NCBI GenBank assembly: GCA_963753345.1
Contig: CAVWBU010000032.1
Coordinates: forward strand, 128,001 to 192,000
Reading direction: 5' to 3'
DNA from: an uncultured Fibrobacterota bacterium
GTDB lineage: Bacteria; Fibrobacterota; Chitinivibrionia; Chitinivibrionales; FEN-1185
DNA: 64,000 bases
The notes under the pieces were generated by a model that searched no databases, was not told where the DNA came from, and was given only the letters and a program-made list of their open reading frames with translations. This document shows positions 1 to 9,511 of the stretch, piece after piece. Numbering within the stretch: position 1 is the first letter of the stretch; the number at the start of each line of letters is the position of its first letter. The translations under genes were made by a program, and so were the position numbers.

Positions 1-1
1 A

Positions 2-1171
2 GGCAAGCAGATCGTAAAGCTCGTCAACCTCATCATCACCCAGGCGGTGAACGAAAACGCGTCCGATATCCACATCGAGCCCATGGACGCCTATGTCCGG
101 CTCCGGTATCGCATCGACGGCGAGCTTGAGGAGAAGAACCCGATTCCGCTCCCGCTGCGCGCGCAGATCACGTCGCGCCTCAAGATTATGGCCGGCATGG
201 ACATCGCCGAGAAACGCAAGCCACAGGACGGCCACATCGAGATACGCCACCAGGGCCGCAACATCGACTTCCGCGTGTCAACGTTCCCGGTCATGACCCG
301 CACCAGGGGCGTCAACGAGAAAATGGTGCTGCGTATCATAGACCAGCAGGCGCATCAGCTCACGCTCGACCAGCTCGGCTTTCTGCCGGGCATGCTCAAG
401 CAGTTCGATGACCTCGTGCGGGGATCCGACGGCATCATTCTGGTCACCGGCCCCACGGGAAGCGGCAAGAGCAGTACGCTGTACGCTTCGCTCGCTCGCG
501 TCACCCAATTCTACGAAAACCGGAAGAACATCGTCACCATGGAAGACCCGGTGGAATTCGTTCTCGACGGCGTGAACCAGGGACAGATCAACGTCAAGGC
601 CGGATTCAACTTCGACGACGGCATGCGGTCCATTCTGCGACAGGACCCGGACATTGTGATGGTGGGAGAAATGCGCGACAAGCAGACGTGCGAGATGGCG
701 ATCCAGGCCGCGCTCACCGGCCACATGGTGTATTCCACGCTCCACACCAACGACTCCGCGAGCGCGTTCACCCGTCTTCTCGACATGGGCATCGAGCCGT
801 TCCTCATCTGTTCCACCGTGCGCGGAGTGCTCGCGCAGCGTCTCGTGAGGAGGATCTGTTCAAAATGCAAGGAGACGTACAGCGAGGATCCCGAAGTGCT
901 GGAAAAGCTCGGCCTCAAGCCCGGCATCACTCTTTACAAAGGGAAAGGCTGCCGGGTCTGCAACAACAGCGGATACAAGGGCCGCACCGGCATCTACGAG
1001 CTCCTTGTCCCCGATTCGACGGTCAAGAAGATGATCATCGAGCACAGGACGTCCGACGACATCAAGGATTACGCCGTCGAAAAGGGCGGTTTCGACACGC
1101 TACGGAAGGACGGCCTGCGCAAGTGCGCCGACGGCGTCACCACATTGGAACAGGTGCTGGGAGCGTCCTAG
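2..1171 (+). CDS. GspE/PilB-family secretion/pilus ATPase (5' truncated by window)
   Basis: ASDIHIEP, Walker A GPTGSGKS, LRQDPD, STLHTND, two CxxC pairs; frame open from position 2. Confidence 0.93.
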   Translation, partial: GKQIVKLVNLIITQAVNENASDIHIEPMDAYVRLRYRIDGELEEKNPIPLPLRAQITSRLKIMAGMDIAEKRKPQDGHIEIRHQGRNIDFRVSTFPVMTRTRGVNEKMVLRIIDQQAHQLTLDQLGFLPGMLKQFDDLVRGSDGIILVTGPTGSGKSSTLYASLARVTQFYENRKNIVTMEDPVEFVLDGVNQGQINVKAGFNFDDGMRSILRQDPDIVMVGEMRDKQTCEMAIQAALTGHMVYSTLHTNDSASAFTRLLDMGIEPFLICSTVRGVLAQRLVRRICSKCKETYSEDPEVLEKLGLKPGITLYKGKGCRVCNNSGYKGRTGIYELLVPDSTVKKMIIEHRTSDDIKDYAVEKGGFDTLRKDGLRKCADGVTTLEQVLGAS

Positions 1172-1172
1172 A

Positions 1173-3395
1173 ATGACTAGCGGTGTTTCCCGCACCCCGC
1201 TGCTGGAAAAAATAGCTCTCAATCCCGTGCAGAAAGAGGCCGTGCTGTACGATCTGGGCCCCCAGCTCGTGTTCGCGGGCGCGGGCACGGGAAAGACAAG
1301 GGTTCTCACCGCGAAGATCGCCTGGCTCATCCGGCACAAGAACGTCGCCCCCGGCCGCATATTCGCCGCGACGTTCACCAACAAGGCCGCGCGCGAAATG
1401 CAGCGCCGCGTCGAGGACCTCGCGGACCTGCCGTGCGCAGGTCTGTGGATAGGAACCTTTCACTCGCTGTGCGCCCGGATCCTGCGCAGGGAAGCGGGGC
1501 GCCTGGGTTTTCCCCCGTGGTTCTCCATTTTCGACGCCGACGACCAGCTTGCATGCGTAAAGAAGCTCGCCAGGGCGCTGTCGCTCGACGAGCGCACCAT
1601 GCCGCCGCGCCTCGTGCTTTCGGCGATATCGCGGTACAAAAACGCCTGCGTCCCTCCTGCGGGCCTTGCCGGAACGGGAGCAAGCTTCTTCGAATCGGCA
1701 ATCATCCGCGCCTACGGCGCGTACCAGGAAAGCCTGCGCGCGCAGCAGGCCATGGACTTTGACGATCTTTTGTCGAATTGCGTGTACCTGCTGCGGGACA
1801 ACCCGGACGTTCTGCAGAAGTATCAATCGTCCTTTTCGCATGTTCTTGTGGACGAATACCAGGACACCAACACGGCGCAATTGCATCTTGTAAAGCTGCT
1901 CGGCGCTGCCCACGGCAACGTGTTCGTGGTGGGCGACGACGACCAGAGCATCTACGCGTGGCGCGGGGCGCAGGTGGAGAACATCCTCACGTTCGAAAAG
2001 GCGTTCCCCGGCACAAAGACGTTCACCCTGGAGCAGAACTACCGCTCCACTGGCCCGGTACTCTCCTTTGCCAATGCCGCCATCGAGCCGAACACCGTGC
2101 GGGCGAAGAAACGGCTCTGGACGGGACGGCAAGGGGGCTTGCCGGTGGCGGTGGTCCGCTATCGCGACGACCGGCACGAATCGGAATCGGTGTGCGACGC
2201 CGTGAACAAATGCGTGCAGGAGGGCGCACGGTCCGGCGACATCGCGGTGCTCTTCAGGACCAACGCGCAGTCGCGGCTGTTTGAGGACTCCATGCGCAAG
2301 CGCCGCATCCCCTATGTGCTTGTGGGCGGGACAAGTTTTTACGAGCGCCGGGAGATCAAGGACTGCCTCGCGTACCTGCGGCTGTGCGTCAACCCGAAGG
2401 ACGACGTCTGCTGCCAGCGGATCGTCAACGTCCCGCCGCGCGGTATGGGCGACAAGGCCAGGGAACGGCTCGAGGCGCGAAGCCGCGAACTGGGGAAGTC
2501 CCTTCTCCAGACCGTTCTTGACGATCCGGAAACGGCCGCGTACGGCCGCGGCCAGAAGGGGCTCTTGGACCTGCGCGAAACATTCACCCTGCTTGCAGAC
2601 CTCATTGCGCAACACGAATCACCCGCCGAAGTGCTCACGCAAATGCTGTCGCTCACCGATTATCTCACCATGTTCGAGGGCGAGGATTCCGAGGAGGCGG
2701 AGAGCCGGATCGACAACGTGAGCGAACTGGTGAACGCCGTGTCGTTCTGGACGGAGGAGAATGCCGGGAAGGGTCTTTCGGATTTCCTCGAGGAGATATC
2801 GCTCGCATCGGATGTGGACCGCTGGGAGCAGAAGGCCGATTCGGTGAACCTCATGACGCTCCACTGCGCAAAGGGGCTCGAATTCGGGAGGGTGTTTATT
2901 GTCGGGTGCGAAGACGGCATTCTGCCGTCGCGGCAAAACTTCGACGACAGCGCCAAGATCGAGGAGGAGCGGAGGCTCTTCTACGTGGGCATCACCAGGG
3001 CCATGGACGGGCTGGCGGTGTCGCATGCCGACCAGCGGTGGCGTTTCGGCAGCTGCATCCCGCAGACGCCGTCGCGGTTCTTGGCGGCGATTCCGCGGGA
3101 ACTGTATGAGTATATTGACAAAAGCGGAGTGTATGCGGGCGAGGAAAAGAAGCCTCTCAAGGAGCGTTTCCGCGAACCTGCTTCGGAAAGCCAGGAACCC
3201 GCGTACCGTCACGAGGATTTTTCGCAGGAAACCGTGCAGTTCCGTATGGGACAGCACGTGCAGCACAAGCTGTACGGCAGAGGAAAAATCGTGAACCTGA
3301 GCGGGTTCGGCGACGATATGCGGATCATCGTGCTGTTCAACGACGGCGCGCGGAGGAAGATGATGGCGAAATTCGCGGACCTGGAGACATCGTAG
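1173..3395 (+). CDS. ATP-dependent DNA helicase UvrD/PcrA
   Basis: AGAGTGKT, VDEYQD, VGDDDQSIY, QNYRS, HCAKGLEF, EERRLFYVGITRA, C-terminal Tudor-like tail. Confidence 0.95.
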   Translation: MTSGVSRTPLLEKIALNPVQKEAVLYDLGPQLVFAGAGTGKTRVLTAKIAWLIRHKNVAPGRIFAATFTNKAAREMQRRVEDLADLPCAGLWIGTFHSLCARILRREAGRLGFPPWFSIFDADDQLACVKKLARALSLDERTMPPRLVLSAISRYKNACVPPAGLAGTGASFFESAIIRAYGAYQESLRAQQAMDFDDLLSNCVYLLRDNPDVLQKYQSSFSHVLVDEYQDTNTAQLHLVKLLGAAHGNVFVVGDDDQSIYAWRGAQVENILTFEKAFPGTKTFTLEQNYRSTGPVLSFANAAIEPNTVRAKKRLWTGRQGGLPVAVVRYRDDRHESESVCDAVNKCVQEGARSGDIAVLFRTNAQSRLFEDSMRKRRIPYVLVGGTSFYERREIKDCLAYLRLCVNPKDDVCCQRIVNVPPRGMGDKARERLEARSRELGKSLLQTVLDDPETAAYGRGQKGLLDLRETFTLLADLIAQHESPAEVLTQMLSLTDYLTMFEGEDSEEAESRIDNVSELVNAVSFWTEENAGKGLSDFLEEISLASDVDRWEQKADSVNLMTLHCAKGLEFGRVFIVGCEDGILPSRQNFDDSAKIEEERRLFYVGITRAMDGLAVSHADQRWRFGSCIPQTPSRFLAAIPRELYEYIDKSGVYAGEEKKPLKERFREPASESQEPAYRHEDFSQETVQFRMGQHVQHKLYGRGKIVNLSGFGDDMRIIVLFNDGARRKMMAKFADLETS

Positions 3396-3424
3396 GGGAA
3401 AAGCGTATTTCTCTTTTGGCTCGT

Positions 3425-3527
3425 TCAACCTCATCCCCCGGCCCCTTCTCCCACAAGGAGAAGGGGGAAAGAATTATTTTCTAATATAACGCACCTCCCC
3501 GTGGGAGAGGGGAAGGGGTGAGGTTGA
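3425..3527. repeat. Palindromic REP-like intergenic element (CCTCATCCCC...GGGGTGAGG type)
   Basis: Terminal inverted repeats TCAACCTCATCCCC / GGGGTGAGGTTGA with two internal hairpins. Confidence 0.7.
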
Positions 3528-3558
3528 GGGGAAAACCTTTTCAGAAGCGGGCATTTTT

Positions 3559-3846
3559 ATGATAGACAAAGAACATGTCAAGCACATTGCCAACCTTTCC
3601 CGCTTGTCACTTTCGGATGCCGAGACCGAAGCGTTCACCCATCAACTCGCCTCGATCATCGGCTACATGGATCAGCTTAACAAAGCGGACACTTCTGGCG
3701 TGGAGCCCACCGCGTTCATCGCGCCCGCCCGCGACCCCATGCGCGAAGATGCCGAAACACCCTCGCTGCCCCGTGAAAAGCTGCTTGCCAACGGCCCCAA
3801 AGTCAAGAACGGGCATTTTGCGGTGCCGAAGGTTATTAATCAATAA
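3559..3846 (+). CDS. gatC: Asp/Glu-tRNA amidotransferase subunit C
   Basis: V.HIA.LSRL, DTSGVEPT, MRED, F.VPKVI motifs; 95 aa. Confidence 0.93.
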   Translation: MIDKEHVKHIANLSRLSLSDAETEAFTHQLASIIGYMDQLNKADTSGVEPTAFIAPARDPMREDAETPSLPREKLLANGPKVKNGHFAVPKVINQ

Positions 3847-3865
3847 TCAATAACATACAGCAGAT

Positions 3866-4022
3866 TTGGGCGTTCCCCTCCCCCTCGACAAAGCTCGGGG
3901 TCGGGTCGGTTCTCCTTCCGGTCTCGGCCTTCGGCCTCGGGCCGCCTCGGCCCTATGCCGCGTGGCGCGGCGGGTCCGGGCGGCATCCCACTTTGGCGGG
4001 ACCTCCAGTCGCCCCTAACGCG
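3866..4022 (-). repeat. Structured repeat family B, copy B1
   Basis: Minus strand reads GCGTTAGGGGCGACTGGAGG...CGAGACCGGAAGGAGAACCG...AACGCCCAA, matching the other B copies. Confidence 0.85.
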
Positions 4023-4123
4023 AAAACCAAAACAACAACTGGAAGCTGGGTTTTTTTTATTGCCGCGCGCAGTATACCAATGAAGTTGCAGAAAGCGTCA
4101 TTGCGAGTGCTTGGAATTCCAGG

Positions 4124-4308
4124 TGGCGCAAAGATGTAATTGACTTAACGGATTTCTTCTGCCGCGCGCTAGGCAGGACCGGAGTGGTCCCGCCGTAGCG
4201 GGATTGCCGGCCGACCCCTCGCCGAAGGCGACTAGGGGCGGACCGGCAACGAGGCGAACAGCCGAGCCCGGAGGGAGGGCCGCCGCTGCGAAGCAGCGGG
4301 GCGCCCGA
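4124..4308 (+). repeat. Structured repeat family B, copy B2
   Basis: GTAATTGACT..CTGCCGCGCGCTAGGCAGGACCGGAG...CGAGCCCGGAGGGAGGGCCG...GGCGCCCGA. Confidence 0.85.
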
Positions 4309-4331
4309 TTCTTTTTCTTTGAGCTATTTAT

Positions 4332-4817
4332 TTATCCTAAGTGATTAAACTCCGCATTCTCCAGAAATTCCTTCGGCTCGTTGACAAACTCAAGAAGATG
4401 CTCCACCAGGTGCTCGTGTTTCTGCTCTTCGACGATAAGAAACTGCAGCGCCTTCTTGTCGTCCTTCGAGGAGGCCTTGGAGAGCATGTCGGAGTACAGC
4501 GAGATGCTTTTGGTTTCCAATTCAAGCGCCTTGCCGTAGGCCTGGGCGTAATCGTAGACCGCCTGAGGGAGAACAAACTGCTCCGCGAGACCGGCAAAAA
4601 TGCGCTTCGCCTCCGCCGACGCGGTGCCCGGCTGGGGCGCCCCCGGGGCTTTTTTCTTTTGTTGCCATTCGTTAAAAAGGTCAAAATGCTTCTGCTCCTC
4701 CGAGGCCAAAACCGCAAAGATCCCGGCCAACGCCTTGAACGGAGATTCCGCCCCGAGCTTTTCGTAGTATGCTTTGCCTTCCAGTTCGATGCCCTTTGCG
4801 AGTTCAAGAGGGTCCAT
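4332..4817 (-). CDS. Rubrerythrin/ferritin-like di-iron protein
   Basis: Two E...EExxH pairs (EEQKHF, EEQKHE). Confidence 0.85.
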   Translation of the reverse strand: MDPLELAKGIELEGKAYYEKLGAESPFKALAGIFAVLASEEQKHFDLFNEWQQKKKAPGAPQPGTASAEAKRIFAGLAEQFVLPQAVYDYAQAYGKALELETKSISLYSDMLSKASSKDDKKALQFLIVEEQKHEHLVEHLLEFVNEPKEFLENAEFNHLG

Positions 4818-4829
4818 TGATGTTCCTTG

Positions 4830-5372
4830 CTATTGAAGAGTGATGGTTTTCTTTTCCACGTCGATGTGTTTGTCCTTGAAATTTGCGGTCGCGCCCGCGG
4901 CAAAAATGACCTTGACCTTCGCGCCCACGGAAAGTTTTACGTCCTTGGGGTCGCCGCTGTCAAGCGGAATGGTGAATGAGAACTCAGTCACCCCGTTGAC
5001 CTGTTTGCAGTCCGCGCTCAGGATATCGTTTTTTCCACCTATGGCCGTGTCCGGTTTGTGCGACACGTCGCTCACGCCGTATTCGTCGGACGAGACCGTC
5101 TTGCCGTTCACCAGCGCGCCCATGATCATGTTCGCGCCTTTCATCATGCTTGTGGGGTTGAAGCCGACGGCAACCCAGCCTTTTGTCGGGTACGTCACCT
5201 GAGCGCGCAGGTTGGCGCCGTCGACCTTGTATGCAAAAGTAAACTTGCCGGCCTTGACCGTTGTGTACGGTGTTTCCTTGGCCGTGGCGGCGGCCGAATC
5301 GCCGGCCGCGTTCGCGAGAAAAACAGCGGCGCAGATCAGCACAACGACCGATGCCGTTCGAGCAAGTGTCAT
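4830..5372 (-). CDS. Exported DOMON-domain protein
   Basis: Signal peptide; GWVAVGF..MKGANM motif and C-terminal His typical of heme-binding DOMON. Confidence 0.8.
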   Translation of the reverse strand: MTLARTASVVVLICAAVFLANAAGDSAAATAKETPYTTVKAGKFTFAYKVDGANLRAQVTYPTKGWVAVGFNPTSMMKGANMIMGALVNGKTVSSDEYGVSDVSHKPDTAIGGKNDILSADCKQVNGVTEFSFTIPLDSGDPKDVKLSVGAKVKVIFAAGATANFKDKHIDVEKKTITLQ

Positions 5373-5375
5373 GTG

Positions 5376-5609
5376 CTATTTCTTCTTCCTGAAAAAGGTT
5401 GATTTTACCCACGACCAGTTGAGAACAACATGGATGATGATGAGAGCGACAAAAGTATAGCCCGTGTACAGGTGCACCTGGCGGACCATGCCGAACGGAA
5501 TCGACTCCGCGAAAAGCGACATCATCACCCCCGTAACGGCCTGGGCAACGGCGACAACCGCCAAAACGGGATTGGTGATTCTGAGCGCGACAACCTTTGT
5601 GAAAGCCAC
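5376..5609 (-). CDS. Small 2-TM membrane protein (DUF4405-like, His-containing)
   Basis: GTG after AAGGAG; VH.YTG....LIIIHVVLNWSW pattern. Confidence 0.7.
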   Translation of the reverse strand: MAFTKVVALRITNPVLAVVAVAQAVTGVMMSLFAESIPFGMVRQVHLYTGYTFVALIIIHVVLNWSWVKSTFFRKKK

Positions 5610-5633
5610 AAGTTCTCCTTTCGCAAATCGGCC

Positions 5634-6194
5634 TTAAGCGCCCGGCGCGCCCGCGGCGGCCTTCATGGCGGCCTCGACGCCCTTGGAGAAATCGGTCGGG
5701 ACCGTGGTCATGCGGGCGGCCTTTTCCTTGTCGAGCAGGTACAGAGCGGCCGTGTCGGTCCCGATGAGCTTGAGCTGGGCAATGATATCGTTGTCGTTTT
5801 CCTCTTCTTCGGTCTGCTCGGTAACATACCACTGGAGAAACACTTCGGTGGCGTGATCTTTTTCCTTTACCGCCAGTTCCACCAGGTCGCCGATGCACTT
5901 GGTGATGAACTGTTCGTGGGCGAGCGTCTTGGTGAACATGTCCATGGGCGATTTGAACTCGGCCGGCGGCTCCTTGATGGAAAGCAGATTAATCTTGCCG
6001 CCCATCTTGATCACGTATTCGTAGAACTTCATGGCGTGCAGCATTTCCTCGTGGTACTGGACCATGAACCAGTTGGCGAACCCCTTGAGGCCCTTGAACG
6101 CGCAGTCGGCCGACATGGCCGAATACAGGTAAGCCGAGTACATTTCGTTGTTGATCTGGACGTTAAGCGCGTCTTCCATCTTCTTTGAGATCAT
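5634..6194 (-). CDS. ftnA: Non-heme ferritin
   Basis: QINNEMYSAYLY, EEMLHAMK, FLQWYVTEQTEEE; RBS AAAGGAGG. Confidence 0.92.
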   Translation of the reverse strand: MISKKMEDALNVQINNEMYSAYLYSAMSADCAFKGLKGFANWFMVQYHEEMLHAMKFYEYVIKMGGKINLLSIKEPPAEFKSPMDMFTKTLAHEQFITKCIGDLVELAVKEKDHATEVFLQWYVTEQTEEEENDNDIIAQLKLIGTDTAALYLLDKEKAARMTTVPTDFSKGVEAAMKAAAGAPGA

Positions 6195-6349
6195 GCTATC
6201 CTCCTTTGATAAGCTGTGTTGGCGACCGTCATGCGTGCATCTTGATGATTACGTACCATGCGGCATGAAGGTTATCTTTGCAACCTAACAAACATAATAA
6301 AATGCACGGCCGATTTCATCATAAATCACGGGCAGTGATGGTTTAAGGA

Positions 6350-6450
6350 TTGAAGACTGTCATTTCATTCCCTAAAGTATGGTAATAGCGCTTCGCGCTT
6401 TGCATTATGTCTATTGCCTCTTCTCCACAGCTTGCTGCGGGAGTCTTCAA
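6350..6450 (+). repeat. Hairpin-TTCAA element (IS200/IS605 end-like), copy P1
   Basis: TTGAAGAC...CTCCACAGCTTGCTGCGGGAGTCTTCAA; similar to 35115-35178 and 48052-48166. Confidence 0.6.
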
Positions 6451-6471
6451 CTATTTTCATCATAATTATTT

Positions 6472-7452
6472 ATGAGCCATGTCCCGTCATACCAAAGTCT
6501 CTCCGCTTCCGAATGGGACGAGCGCATTGCAGCGGCAGAAGCGCTTTTCTCGCCGTGCATGCTGTGCCCGCGCAGATGTAAAGCGGACAGAAAGGCAGGG
6601 AAGAAGGGGCGCTGCGGGGCGGGAAATGAGCTTGTCATTTCGAGCATATTCCCGCATCACGGCGAGGAGCCGCCCGTTTCCGGCACGAAAGGATCGGGCA
6701 CGGTGTTTTTCGCGCATTGCTCGCTCCGGTGCTGCTTCTGCCAGAATTTCCAGATATCGCAGGAGGGTGAGGGCGAACCGTATACCGAGCAAAGGCTTGC
6801 AGAAAGAATGCTCTGGCTCCAGGGGAGCGGCGTTCACAATATCAACCTTGTGACGCCCACACATTTTCTGCCGCATATTCTTCGCTCGCTCAAGATCGCG
6901 GCGGCCGAAGGCCTTTCGCTTCCCATTGTCTGGAACTCAAGCGGCTACGAGCTTGCAGAGGCGCTTGCCCTGCTCAGGGGAATCGTGGATGTTTACTTAC
7001 CGGACATGAAATACGGGTCGAACGAATCGTCACAGCGGTACTGCGGCGCGCCGGACTACGTGGAAATGAATCAGGCCGCCGTGCGCGAAATGTTCCGCCA
7101 GGTGGGGCCGCTCAAAACCGACAGGGAGGGGATTGCATACCGGGGAATGTGCATACGGCACCTGGTGTTGCCGGAAGGCTGGGCGCATTCCAGAAAGATC
7201 TTCGATTTTCTGCGCAGCGCGTTCGATCCGGCAGACATCACCCTGAGCCTCATGGCGCAGTATCGCCCCCTGTACAGGGTAAAGGAGTTCCCGGAACTTC
7301 TGCGCGGAATTTCACGGGAAGAATACGATGTGGTGCTTGCGGAAGCGGAAGACGCCGGGATCAATGTGTTTCCCCAGGAGCTTGCGCTCCTCGACGAAAG
7401 CTTTTGCATCGATTTTACAACAAGGAAAAGCGAGCCGTTGACTGGGAGGTGA
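6472..7452 (+). CDS. Radical SAM protein, PflX-like
   Basis: CMLCPRRC, HHGEEP, CSLRCCFCQN, HNINLVTPTH, YLPDMKY, RHLVLP. Confidence 0.9.
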   Translation: MSHVPSYQSLSASEWDERIAAAEALFSPCMLCPRRCKADRKAGKKGRCGAGNELVISSIFPHHGEEPPVSGTKGSGTVFFAHCSLRCCFCQNFQISQEGEGEPYTEQRLAERMLWLQGSGVHNINLVTPTHFLPHILRSLKIAAAEGLSLPIVWNSSGYELAEALALLRGIVDVYLPDMKYGSNESSQRYCGAPDYVEMNQAAVREMFRQVGPLKTDREGIAYRGMCIRHLVLPEGWAHSRKIFDFLRSAFDPADITLSLMAQYRPLYRVKEFPELLRGISREEYDVVLAEAEDAGINVFPQELALLDESFCIDFTTRKSEPLTGR

Positions 7453-7454
7453 AT

Positions 7455-7502
7455 GCGTTGGACCGTTCGAGTGTTGGTGCGTTAGAGTGTTCGAGCGTTA
7501 CC
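7455..7502. repeat. Degenerate 8-mer tandem repeat (about 6 x GYGTTNGA)
   Basis: gcgttgga ccgttcga gtgttggt gcgttaga gtgttcga gcgttacc. Confidence 0.6.
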
Positions 7503-7521
7503 TCATCAACCCATTAACCTG

Positions 7522-7701
7522 TCACACGAACAGCTCTTCCAACAGCGACGAGGAGGATTTCTTGGGCTGCTTCCTGGGCTTCTCGCGTGATTCCCTGTCG
7601 ATGGCGTGTAAAAAGAACCGGGAAACGCTGTAGAGGAAGCCGGCGAAGAGAAGCGCCCACATTGTCAACCAGTACCAGGAGGGATTCTTCTTGAAGAGCA
7701 T
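7522..7701 (-). CDS. Small single-TM hypothetical protein (59 aa, not in ORF track)
   Basis: MLFKKNPSWYWLTMWALLFAGFLYSVSRFFLHAIDRESREKPRKQPKKSSSSLLEELFV*; fills intergenic gap. Confidence 0.55.
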   Translation of the reverse strand: MLFKKNPSWYWLTMWALLFAGFLYSVSRFFLHAIDRESREKPRKQPKKSSSSLLEELFV

Positions 7702-7787
7702 TGCTACAACCCGTGTGAGTGGTAAAAGAGAAAGTTATTCCTATTCAATAATATAATTCATGCTTTCATTTGTGAAGGGGGAATCGC

Positions 7788-8249
7788 ATGGAATACGAAG
7801 TTGGACGTGCCGGAAAAATCGTGGTGATCCGCCTGAACGACGGCGATCCGATGTACTCGTCCATCGAGGCCGCGGCGGCGAAGGAAAGCATCGCAAGCGC
7901 CGCGGTGTGGCTCGTGGGAGGCATCAAGAACGCCGGCGTGGTGGTCGGGCCGAAGAAGGAGGATTCGTTCCCGCTGGAGGTGATCGAGAAACACTTTGCG
8001 GACGGCCGCGAGATCGCGGCCGTGGGCACGATATTCACCAATGCCGAGGGCAAGCCCAAGCTCCATATGCATGCGGCCATAGGCAAAGGGGACGAGGTCG
8101 TTGCAGGGTGTCCCCGCAAGGGCGCGGACTGCTGGCTGGTTGACGAAGTGATAATCATGGAGATACGCGGCCTGTCTGCGCGCCGCGTTAAGGAGGCAAA
8201 ATGCGGACTTGAGCTGTTGAGCATCCGGGCCGGAGCAAAAAAATCGTAG
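7788..8249 (+). CDS. PPC/DUF296-domain protein
   Basis: IRLNDGD, EIAAVGTI, LHMHAAIG. Confidence 0.8.
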   Translation: MEYEVGRAGKIVVIRLNDGDPMYSSIEAAAAKESIASAAVWLVGGIKNAGVVVGPKKEDSFPLEVIEKHFADGREIAAVGTIFTNAEGKPKLHMHAAIGKGDEVVAGCPRKGADCWLVDEVIIMEIRGLSARRVKEAKCGLELLSIRAGAKKS

Positions 8250-8345
8250 GTTTCGCAAAGGTATTGTTTGCCGCGGCCGTATTCTTTTGATATTTTAGTT
8301 TATAGGGTCGCGAAGTCTTCAGCCTTTTCCTTTAGGAGGAATATC

Positions 8346-8885
8346 ATGATGAAGCGTGTGTCTGTCTTGTTCGCCGTGTCGCTTGCGTGTCTGCTGCTTG
8401 CCGCAGGATGTCAGAAAAAGGTCACCAAAGTCCAGGAGCCGGTGAAGCCGGCCGAACAGCCCGCGCCAAAGGCTGTCGAAGCCCCGGCGCCCGTGCAGCT
8501 TCCGGATTCCTTCAAAGTGGTGGACCTCGACGCAAAAATGAAGGAAATTCTTGTCCCGGTGTATTTCAACTACGACAAGTACGATCTGCTTCCCGAGAGC
8601 GTAACCAAACTCGAAAAGATCGCGCCCTTTTTGCAGAGCAACACCGCCATCCGCGTGCTCATCGAGGGCAACGCCGACGAGCGCGGGTCGGCCGAATACA
8701 ACGTGGGCCTCGGCGAAAGCCGCGCTCGTACCGTAAAGAACTACCTCACCACCTACGGCATCCCGGACACGCGCATGGAAATCACCTCGTACGGCAAGGA
8801 GCGGCCTGCGTTTCCCAATTGCGGGACGGATGAATCGTGTCATGCGAAGAATAGACGGGTTGAGTGGAAGATCCTGGCAAAGTAA
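8346..8885 (+). CDS. pal: Peptidoglycan-associated lipoprotein (OmpA family)
   Basis: Lipobox LAAGC, VYFNYDK, IEGNADERGS.EYN, SYGKERP, KNRRVE; RBS AGGAGG. Confidence 0.9.
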   Translation: MMKRVSVLFAVSLACLLLAAGCQKKVTKVQEPVKPAEQPAPKAVEAPAPVQLPDSFKVVDLDAKMKEILVPVYFNYDKYDLLPESVTKLEKIAPFLQSNTAIRVLIEGNADERGSAEYNVGLGESRARTVKNYLTTYGIPDTRMEITSYGKERPAFPNCGTDESCHAKNRRVEWKILAK

Positions 8886-8903
8886 ATAATAATAGAAATA
8901 CTC

Positions 8904-9126
8904 TGGTGGGGGCACCACCTGACGGTGGTTCCCCCTGGCCCCCGGCTTCCGCCTCGGCACCTATCACATCCATCCCAATACGGCGGCGATCCGGGGGCAC
9001 ACTCCCTCCTGCGAAGGTGCGCGCGAGTTCGTTCGCTTGACACTCGCGAAGCGTCGCACCTTCGCAACGCAACCGTTGCGGTATACCCCCTCCGCCTCCG
9101 GCACCTCCCCCTGAAACAGGGGGAGG
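8904..9126 (+). repeat. Structured repeat family A, copy A1
   Basis: GGGGGCACCAC..GTGGTTCCCCC ... GCGAAGGTGCG..CGCACCTTCGCAACGCAACCGTTGCG ... CCCCCTCCGCC..GGGGAGG; homologous to 29973 and 55868. Confidence 0.85.
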
Positions 9127-9301
9127 AAAAACCAATAATAAGTTCGGAAATTCTCTAAAGTCAATAATCATAAAAGAATCCTCTCCCATCTCCACACCAT
9201 GGACGACGTCGAAAACACTGGCGTTTGAAAAGGTCCCTGCCCCTAATTATTGCTTTTCCGCATCGATGATACTATATTTTTACCAGAAAGGGATCGATAC
9301 G

Positions 9302-9511
9302 ATGCTCAGTTCGACCATATCCTCCAAGTTCCAGGTCGCCATTCCCAAGCGGGTGAGGGAGCAGCTCTGCCTTAAGGCGGGAACAAGGGTCCACGTCATT
9401 CCCTACCGCGACCGGATCGAGTTCATTCCCGTGCGTCCAATGAAATCCATGAGGGGTTTCATCAAACGGAAGTTCAGCAGCGCGATCATCCGGGAAAAGG
9501 ACCGTGTGTGA
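9302..9511 (+). CDS. AbrB/MazE-type antitoxin (VapB)
   Basis: STISSKFQVAIPKRVREQL..G swapped-hairpin motif; overlaps toxin start. Confidence 0.85.
   Translation: MLSSTISSKFQVAIPKRVREQLCLKAGTRVHVIPYRDRIEFIPVRPMKSMRGFIKRKFSSAIIREKDRV

Noticed and set aside
3866-4308. B repeats as integron attC sites (GTTAGG / AAC cores)
   Set aside because: GTT lies at the 5' end and AAC at the 3' end, the reverse of attC; several copies lack GTT; flanking genes are housekeeping; no IntI present.
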